Virus record (IMG/VR): IMGVR_UViG_3300032332_001381
Location: 1 to 25,543 of that record
Length of the DNA: 25,543 bases
Strand: one strand, 5' to 3'
Origin: a virus
Lineage: Duplodnaviria > Caudoviricetes
Shown here one piece after another: positions 19,701 through 25,543 of this stretch. The notes under the pieces are model-generated. The model did not search any database. It had not been told where the DNA came from and saw nothing but the letters and a program-made list of their open reading frames with translations. The position numbers and the translations under genes were made by a program. How positions within the stretch are numbered: position 1 is the first letter of the stretch; each line of letters starts with the position of its first letter.

Positions 19701-21918
19701 AATTATCCATAAACGTTGGATTAAGAATGATATTACTGATTTAGAAACTCGTGTTAATAACTTAGAATATTACACCTCATTGAGTATTTTAGAAAATAAA
19801 GCAAGTTCTTTACAAATTCCTGATGCTAATGGTTTGAATCGTTTTAAAAATGGCATCTTAGTTGACGATTTTTCTTCTTTTGGAACAGCAGACACAAACA
19901 ATCCAGACTATGCAATAAACATCAATGTTAGAAAAAATCAATTAGCACCACTACAGATTGTTAATAATTTCCAATTACAAAATCCCGTTGTTCTTTCAAC
20001 ACTAGGAACTTTAACCAGTACATCTGGTTACAAAATTAATAGTATCAATGGTGCTCAAACCAATCTATTTACTTTACCATACACAACAGCAAATGTAATA
20101 GTACAACCTCTTGCAAGTAGTGTGGTATCAGTAAATCCCTTTAGTGTTATTGTACAACAAGGTAACTTAGAAATAAATCCTCCAATGGATAATTGGGTTG
20201 ATAATAATCAAGCACCTGCAATTTTAATAACTGATCCTAATTTCCAAGCATATCAAGCTTCTGGTGGTGTTAATTTATTAAATTCAGGCGATTATCAAAC
20301 AATACCAGGAACTTCTGTTGCAAAAAGTGGAGATCCAAAAACTTCGGTTACTACAGCAGGTTCTTCTACAACCACATTTACACAAACAACAACTCAAACT
20401 TACGCAAGTCAGTTACAAAATACATTATCTGGATCATATAATCCAACTTCATCGACATTTGGAATAAACAATGGTTATTTGACAAACATTGCGGTATTGC
20501 CTTATATTAGACCACAACAACTCGTTATTCGTGCTTCAGGTTTATTAGTTAATTCTAATGTATCAACGTTTTTTGATGGTGTAGATGTATCCAAATACTT
20601 AACAACACCAAATATTATAGAAGTAACTGGCGTTTCTGGAACATTTAAAGCTGATGATATAATTGGTTTCTATGTTGTTAATCAATTTTATCCTCTAGCT
20701 CGTGTCATTTCGGTTTTGAAATATGCAGATACAACAAAAGTTCGTTTATATGTTGCAGATATTGTTACTGCTCCAGACACAATAGGAACCACATCAATAA
20801 GAAATGCTTTCTTTGATGTGAATGGAAATTATGCTTCTTCAACAGCATCAGGTACTATTCCTTCCAGTGGGGTAATAACTACAGGTGCAAGTGGCACAAT
20901 TAGTGGTGTTGGTGGTGGATGGGCTAATACATTAAATGGTAATGCAACTACACATTATTTCATGACTCCAATTGTTCAAGGTTATTCAACTTTATTAAAT
21001 CAATATGGTGTTTGGGGCGATTCAACCAATAGTACATCTTTTAGTTGGACAGCTCCAATAACAATTGCAAATGCAGGAACATATACTATTGAAGTTGGTG
21101 CTTCTGGTTCTGCAACATTCTATGCGAATGGTGCAAGTATTGGCACATCTTTAACAAATACACCGGCGTCAACAAAAACATTCACATATACTGTTGCTAC
21201 AGGTCCAGCAACAGTATATATTGGATGGACAGCAACAAGTTCAGGTACAACAACATCTGGTGTTGCTATGACAATTAAAAATTCTGCCGGCACAATTGTT
21301 GCTTCTTCACTTAATCCTCCAGTAACATATACAAATGCAGGAACATCAGTAATCATGCCGACTGGTGGAGAATGGTTTGTTGGAGCTACACAATTACGAT
21401 TAAATCCATCTACAGCTTCAACTGTTTCAAACTTTTATGTTGGTGCAACAATAAATATAAAATCTAAATATGTTTATTCTATAGAACAATCAGCAACATA
21501 TGTTCCTCCAGCACCAGCACCATCTGGTGGTGGAGGAAATATTGCGAGTGGAGGTGGTAGCTGTTGTGTTATTGCAACTGCTCTAACAGATGGTGGTGAT
21601 TGGGATCCAGAACAAAAAAATCAATTGGTAAAATGGTCAATAAATACTTTAGATAAGTATTTCTTAGGTGAAAGATTGCATAGAGGTTATCATGTTGTTG
21701 CATCCACTGTATTGCCTTTCTTCTTTGGTAAAGATAGTAAAACAGCAAAAAAATACGCTAAATGGTCGTTCACTAATGCAACAAATATGATTCAAGGTAA
21801 AAAGTTTAATCCAATTTCTATACCAAATAGTGCAATGTGGATAACTGTGATGTTGGTGTCAGGTCTAGTTGTAAGCAAGGAATATGCTGAAGCTAAATGG
21901 AAATCATTATACAAATAA
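16744..21918 (+). CDS. Giant virion structural protein, VrlC/DUF4815-like, N-terminal part with a C-terminal CCVIATA domain
   Basis: 1724 aa. NVGPYFDDFD..KNFHRILFKPG.AVQARELTQ.Q, APGADRY, RDYETNGDY, LDNGQRD..YD, LRDCIDFRP, RVNNLEYYTSLS, NRFKNGILVDDF and PYIRPQ..FFDGVDV. Confidence 0.85.
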   Translation: MALNFNVGPYFDDFDPSKNFHRILFKPGSAVQARELTQSQTILQNQISNFASAIYSTNTPVSGGKVTINQNCYYIKLNNTYNGATVTASNFNGAIIQDTTGTILAKVLATAETTSSGTTVGDPPTLIVSYLSGNQFIDGSVITTTEGTTYYASVASSTASSTSTGVSSVASISDGVFYVVNGYSLSDITGIKYSIGNFVQVDPQTIILDKYDAAPSYRVGLQITETIYDYINDSSLLDPAIGASNYQAPGADRYVITLTLITLPLTLGNDDGFIELVRIEKGNIIKQVDGTVYSTIDDYFAKRDYETNGDYIVEDFKLTSSANTSSTSTYDLSVSKGIAYVHGYRVENQSPVKLTNDRAQSVANVNNNAIYVDYGNYYVVDTANGVFDISTMPQVDLHCVGASSIVSTNNKTYSSTLVGTAFMRYITYVSGTGTNTKTYIYNAHISDFSANTLSGNVASGTTNSFTISDTNGSFSAVANAYFNVTVTVNTGGLVDIRNITNYTTGKQAYVDNPFTVTPTSSSTFSLNFEKYDVDSIVKTAGSGSYALIANANINSASGKVNGLGTSDTIYFSTTPPELIFQVGYPYVAQLTSTSYYTQRVYRQKSFTGSTLTIQSTSGNSSNPLKFEGSGTLSGSAAEQLFIVIDNSTGSILDFTTSGNTISISSDKTQATFTVGAGVATNKNVTIIAQVQASSADSSSYVLKSKSLVTGNTATVGSLSSISTTNVLHDLSKGQIAITKTGISSSEKMSLYVNDVKRILKIIDSGVAGTNPTGTISNYTDITSYFTLDNGQRDTYYDHASISLVPGAPTPVGNILVIVEYYSHTQGSSGDGYFSIQSYNTSGSTYGGVSSAAESYAQIGTYTSKSGTQYKLRDCIDFRPCRVNSQTALIWEYSGSQTTTNDIGILLPNNLTNFTGFYQYYLGRKDKLLLTKDRSLQIVQGTPSVNPLLPNEPSGSLVIANLTHDPYTAYVPGEAPAGTTSNLSINKIIHKRWIKNDITDLETRVNNLEYYTSLSILENKASSLQIPDANGLNRFKNGILVDDFSSFGTADTNNPDYAININVRKNQLAPLQIVNNFQLQNPVVLSTLGTLTSTSGYKINSINGAQTNLFTLPYTTANVIVQPLASSVVSVNPFSVIVQQGNLEINPPMDNWVDNNQAPAILITDPNFQAYQASGGVNLLNSGDYQTIPGTSVAKSGDPKTSVTTAGSSTTTFTQTTTQTYASQLQNTLSGSYNPTSSTFGINNGYLTNIAVLPYIRPQQLVIRASGLLVNSNVSTFFDGVDVSKYLTTPNIIEVTGVSGTFKADDIIGFYVVNQFYPLARVISVLKYADTTKVRLYVADIVTAPDTIGTTSIRNAFFDVNGNYASSTASGTIPSSGVITTGASGTISGVGGGWANTLNGNATTHYFMTPIVQGYSTLLNQYGVWGDSTNSTSFSWTAPITIANAGTYTIEVGASGSATFYANGASIGTSLTNTPASTKTFTYTVATGPATVYIGWTATSSGTTTSGVAMTIKNSAGTIVASSLNPPVTYTNAGTSVIMPTGGEWFVGATQLRLNPSTASTVSNFYVGATINIKSKYVYSIEQSATYVPPAPAPSGGGGNIASGGGSCCVIATALTDGGDWDPEQKNQLVKWSINTLDKYFLGERLHRGYHVVASTVLPFFFGKDSKTAKKYAKWSFTNATNMIQGKKFNPISIPNSAMWITVMLVSGLVVSKEYAEAKWKSLYK

Positions 21919-21930
21919 TCGGAAAAATAA

Positions 21931-24165
21931 ATGGCAACACAATATAGATCAAGTCTCTACGAATATACTGCAACAATTACAGCATACGATCCTGTAACTA
22001 AAGTTGTAACATTAGATACTCCGGTAAATTTATCAATGGGAGTAAATACATCGATGGGTGGTGATGTTACTTCAAATTATTCAATCACCGGTAATTTAGC
22101 AAAAATTCATTCGTCTGTTCAAGATGGAACAAAATTAGCAAGACCTACTTCAGATGAATCTGGAAATTTTGTTGCTTTATTTAATGTTCCTTCTACAAAA
22201 TTTCAGACTGGTAACAGAGTATTTCGTGTTGACAATAGAACCTTACCAAATGATCCAACAACAGCAACAACATGGGCAGAAGGTACATTTAGTGCTTCTG
22301 GACTATCAACAACCTCACAACAATTGGATTTTTCTGCTTCAATAGATTCTTCTAAAAATGTATTTACACAAGTAAATCAAAAAACAGGATTAGTAAGCAC
22401 AGTTACCACAACCACCTCATCTACTATAGTTGCTCCTACACCAGTTTCTCCTCCAATTACATCTCGTGGTGGTGGATCCGGAAGTATGGATCCTGTTGCA
22501 CAAACTTTTATGGTTTCTGATGATATTTATCCTAATGGTATATTTTTATATTCAATTAAACTTTTCTTCCAAAAGAAGCCAACAACAAATATTCCTATAA
22601 GTGTTTGGGTTTTGCCTACAGTGAATGGTTATCCTGGCGGCCTGGCATTAGATTATTCTAAAGTAAGTTTGTTGCCAGAAAATGTAAAAGTTTCAGATAC
22701 GCCTCATTATTTGGATCCAAATACGTATACAGAATTTGTTTTTAAATCTCCAGTTTATATTCAATCTGGTGTTTTATATTCTTTTGTAGTTAAATCCAGT
22801 TCTCTTGATTATGTTTTATATTATGGACAACAAAATAAAACAGCTATACCATCTACAGCTAAAGCTAAACCAACAGATCCAGATCCAACAAATCCAACAA
22901 AAATTGGAGCTGCCCCTTATATTGGATCATTGTTTGAATCACAAAATGGTATTACATGGACCGCCGATCAAACTAAAGATATGATGTTTATGATTGATAA
23001 ATGTGTATTTTCAACAACGGCCGGCGCAGTTGTGTTTACTGTTCCTAAAGGTTTACCGTTTAGAAAAATGGGCTCTCAGGATATTTTAAATAAAGTAGAC
23101 GCAAATAGTACACCACAATTATTAGGAAACTATTCTAATGATAGAGTATATGACGCTTTCAATATAACAACAACAGACTTGATGCCAACAGGAACAAATA
23201 TTAATTATGCTTATTCATCAATATTAAATGCTGGAAATGTACCGACAGGACAACAATCGGTTACTCCTGGAAGATTTGGAAGTCCTTTATCTGAAGATAT
23301 TTTATTGGCTGACGGAAATGGCCAAAGAACTTTATTGAAATCTTCTAGTAGTTCGTTCTCTTTGTATGCAACAATGTCCACAAATGATCCTAACGTGTCT
23401 CCAATCATCTCAGATGATGGTGTTTCATTATACACAGTTTCTTATGTTATCAACAACATGGGAATTGGTAATAATGTAATTGCAATCACTAATCCAGGTT
23501 ATGGTTATAATGTAAATGCAACTACAATTTCAGTTTCTAGTCCAGATGTTGGTTCTAATTCTGCGGTATTAGGTTTTACTGCAAATGCAGGTGGTGCAAT
23601 TACATCTGTTTATACTATTTCTTCTGGTTCAGGTTACATAACCAATCCAACAATTACCATATCAAATCCATCAACAAGAGGCGGAAATGCAAATGCAGTA
23701 GTTACTGTAACAGGAGAAACTTCATCTAAAGGTGGTAATTCTTATGCAAAATATTTTACCAAAAAGGTTGTATTGGCACCAGGAAATGATTCTGGTGATT
23801 TGCGTGTATTCTATACTGCATATAAACCATTAGGAACAGCTGTATATGTTTATTATAAAATTCTAAATTCTTTAGATACTGCAACATTTGAATCTGGAAA
23901 CTGGCAGTTAATGACTACTTTGCAAAATCCAAACACATTTTCAACTTCAAGAAACGATTTGTATGAATATGAATGTGCTCCAGGTGTATTTGCAAGTAAT
24001 CAAGCAAACAACAGTATAAGTTATACTAGTTCAGCGACAGGCCAAACATACAATTCTTTTATTCAATTTGCAATTAAAGTAGTACTGTCAACAAACGATA
24101 ATACTGTTGTACCATTCTTAACTGATATTCGTGCATTAGCTTTACCAGCAGGAACAGGAATTTAA
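21931..24165 (+). CDS. VrlC/DUF4815-like protein, C-terminal part encoded as a separate gene
   Basis: 744 aa with SD-like GGA upstream. TSDESG.F...F.VP..F.TG.RVFR, DPVAQTF, F.F.SPVY, GSLFESQNG.TWT, NVSPII, AKYFTKKV.L and F..FAIKVVL...VP...DIRALAL are the motifs that normally end these proteins. Confidence 0.82.
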   Translation: MATQYRSSLYEYTATITAYDPVTKVVTLDTPVNLSMGVNTSMGGDVTSNYSITGNLAKIHSSVQDGTKLARPTSDESGNFVALFNVPSTKFQTGNRVFRVDNRTLPNDPTTATTWAEGTFSASGLSTTSQQLDFSASIDSSKNVFTQVNQKTGLVSTVTTTTSSTIVAPTPVSPPITSRGGGSGSMDPVAQTFMVSDDIYPNGIFLYSIKLFFQKKPTTNIPISVWVLPTVNGYPGGLALDYSKVSLLPENVKVSDTPHYLDPNTYTEFVFKSPVYIQSGVLYSFVVKSSSLDYVLYYGQQNKTAIPSTAKAKPTDPDPTNPTKIGAAPYIGSLFESQNGITWTADQTKDMMFMIDKCVFSTTAGAVVFTVPKGLPFRKMGSQDILNKVDANSTPQLLGNYSNDRVYDAFNITTTDLMPTGTNINYAYSSILNAGNVPTGQQSVTPGRFGSPLSEDILLADGNGQRTLLKSSSSSFSLYATMSTNDPNVSPIISDDGVSLYTVSYVINNMGIGNNVIAITNPGYGYNVNATTISVSSPDVGSNSAVLGFTANAGGAITSVYTISSGSGYITNPTITISNPSTRGGNANAVVTVTGETSSKGGNSYAKYFTKKVVLAPGNDSGDLRVFYTAYKPLGTAVYVYYKILNSLDTATFESGNWQLMTTLQNPNTFSTSRNDLYEYECAPGVFASNQANNSISYTSSATGQTYNSFIQFAIKVVLSTNDNTVVPFLTDIRALALPAGTGI

Positions 24166-24166
24166 A

Positions 24167-24388
24167 ATGGAATTAGTCAGAGTTACTGGTACCAATTTTG
24201 TTCGTGATATAAACAGTAGGGCTATATTGCCTATAGATAATACAGAAAAAAATGAGTATTATGCTAAACTTAAACTGGTGAAGTTACAAAAAGAAGAAAT
24301 AAATAAAGTAAAATCAGAAATCGATTGCATCAAAACCGACATGTGTGAGATAAAGTCGCTGTTGCAACAATTACTAACAAAAGGTTAA
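24167..24388 (+). CDS. Small conserved hypothetical coiled-coil protein of T4-like phages
   Basis: 73 aa with SD AGGA. VRD..S.AI motif plus heptads (EIDCIKTDMCEIKSLLQQLL). I recall similar genes directly after VrlC-like genes. Confidence 0.8.
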   Translation: MELVRVTGTNFVRDINSRAILPIDNTEKNEYYAKLKLVKLQKEEINKVKSEIDCIKTDMCEIKSLLQQLLTKG

Positions 24389-24389
24389 A

Positions 24390-25543
24390 ATGGCAAATAC
24401 AGTCAATATTTTAGGTTACGCTAACACATTTGGTGATTGGATAGTTGCAACCAATGCGGATACGAATGAAATTAATTCGATAGGCAAATACGATTGGACA
24501 AAAGATTCTGGAACTTTAACACTAAATGGATCAGGTACCAGTTTAACTGTTGGAAATAATGTTATTATTCAAGGGCAATTACAAGTTACAGGTACAAGTT
24601 CTTCTGCAACTATAGACAATAACTTAACTGTTGGTAAGCAAGTATATTTTACTAACACAGTCCAAAGTTTAACTGCAAGTGGAATAATCTACGCGAACGG
24701 CACAGTTTATGCAGGAAATACAGGAACTAGTTTAGCGGTAGCAAATAACACAATCATCGGTGGAACTTTAACTGTTGCAGGTTCAACAGTTATTTCAAAT
24801 ACAATTAATGTACTTCTTGCAGCAACACTTCAAAACACTTTAAGTGTTGCAAAAAACACCATAATTACAGCTAATCTAAATGTAACAGATTTGGTTCAGA
24901 CAAATAATATTGAAGCCAACACAAGTGTATTGACTAATGTGTTACAAGCTAATACAAGTGTATTAACCAATACAGTACAAGCCAATACAAGTGTTGCAAC
25001 TGATGTAATAAGGGCCAATACATTACTAGCCAATACTAGTATTACAACAAATATGTTACAATCCAATACAAGTGTATTGACTAATGTGTTACAAGCAAAT
25101 GCTAGTGTATTAACCAGTGCATTGCAATCTAATAACAGTATACTAACCAGTGCATTGCAATCTAATAACAGTATACTAACCAGTACGTTACAATCTAATA
25201 CAAGTGTTAATACCACTACAATTTCGGTAACAGGAACTAGTTTTACTGATACAGTACAAGCAAATACTAGTGTTGCAACTAATGTAATAAGAGCAAACAC
25301 CGTATTAGCAAACACAAGTGTATTAACCGGTACGTTACAAGCTAATACTAGTGTATTGACTAATGCGGTACAAGCAAATACTAGTGTATTGACTGGTACG
25401 TTACAAGCTAATACTAGTGTATTGACTGGTACGTTACAAGCTAATACAAGTGTATTGACTGGTACGTTACAAGCTAATACAAGTGTATTAACCAGTACGT
25501 TACAAGCAAATACTAGTGTTGCAACTAATGTAATAAGAGCGAA
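24390..25543 (+). CDS. Probable tail fibre protein, 5' part, running off the window (absent from the ORF track)
   Basis: ATG at 24390 after AAAGG. Reads MANTVNILGYANTFGDWIVATN..., with an NTF..W...TN fibre-attachment-like motif. The frame is open to the window end and contains 11-aa repeats. Confidence 0.8.
   Translation, partial: MANTVNILGYANTFGDWIVATNADTNEINSIGKYDWTKDSGTLTLNGSGTSLTVGNNVIIQGQLQVTGTSSSATIDNNLTVGKQVYFTNTVQSLTASGIIYANGTVYAGNTGTSLAVANNTIIGGTLTVAGSTVISNTINVLLAATLQNTLSVAKNTIITANLNVTDLVQTNNIEANTSVLTNVLQANTSVLTNTVQANTSVATDVIRANTLLANTSITTNMLQSNTSVLTNVLQANASVLTSALQSNNSILTSALQSNNSILTSTLQSNTSVNTTTISVTGTSFTDTVQANTSVATNVIRANTVLANTSVLTGTLQANTSVLTNAVQANTSVLTGTLQANTSVLTGTLQANTSVLTGTLQANTSVLTSTLQANTSVATNVIRA
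24912..25543 (+). repeat. Coding tandem repeat, 33-bp unit (consensus peptide VLTxxLQANTS), with periodic 48-bp variants
   Basis: Units such as ACTGGTACGTTACAAGCTAATACTAGTGTATTG are repeated almost identically at about 25392-25490. Many differences between units are synonymous. Confidence 0.93.

Noticed and set aside
21562-21918. Intein or Hint domain
   Set aside because: It begins with Cys after a Gly linker, but I see no block B TxxH and no terminal HN, and the sequence pattern looks helical rather than all-beta.
21916-21933. Stop-codon readthrough or an alternative genetic code joining the two same-frame VrlC-like ORFs
   Set aside because: Two TAA codons intervene, and TAA is the dominant stop in the window. 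TAG (7085) and TGA (gp4) also end genes at sensible places. The downstream ORF has its own SD-like GGA.
93-23435. Short overlapping ORFs in the track (e.g. 93-326, 2124-2312, 5054-5608, 13445-13765, 18549-18788, 23211-23435)
   Set aside because: They lie antisense or out of frame to well-supported structural genes and carry no recognisable motifs.
24896-25315. 139-aa minus-strand ORF with hydrophobic repeats
   Set aside because: It is the antisense shadow of the repeat in the plus-strand fibre gene.
24912-25543. 33-bp repeats as a CRISPR array
   Set aside because: The units are contiguous with no unique spacers, their length is a multiple of 3, they lie in an open frame, and much of the variation is synonymous.
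1-25543. tRNA, ncRNA, introns, homing endonucleases, DGR template repeats, intrinsic terminators
   Set aside because: Intergenic gaps are under about 35 bp and AT-rich. I saw no GC-rich hairpin with a U-tract, no reverse transcriptase or homing-endonuclease motifs, and no adenine-variable repeat pair by eye.

Overview
AT-rich, densely packed virion-assembly block of a T4-like (contractile-tailed) bacteriophage, translated with the standard bacterial code. A short leftward unit (gp4, gp2, gp54-like, start of gp26-like) diverges from a long rightward unit. The rightward unit contains gp48, gp53, a gp27-like hub, a spike locus split over three genes, an unknown gene, gp25, gp6, gp7-like, a fibre-like gene, gp8, a VrlC/DUF4815-like protein split over two genes, a small coiled-coil protein, and a repeat-rich fibre gene running off the window. 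Four things stand out. (1) The giant VrlC/DUF4815-like gene is broken mid-domain, and its first half ends in a Pro/Gly linker plus a Cys-initiated 'CCVIATA' domain with a hydrophobic/basic tail, resembling a processing or sorting module. (2) gp5 is tripartite and lysozyme-less, with a helical protein in the enzyme's place and a PAAR-less, P2 gpV-like apex. (3) Late-promoter motifs lie exactly 4 nt before three SD-less start codons, suggesting leaderless mRNAs. (4) The last gene carries a hierarchical 33-bp coding repeat. All family assignments come from motif recall and synteny; no searches were run.
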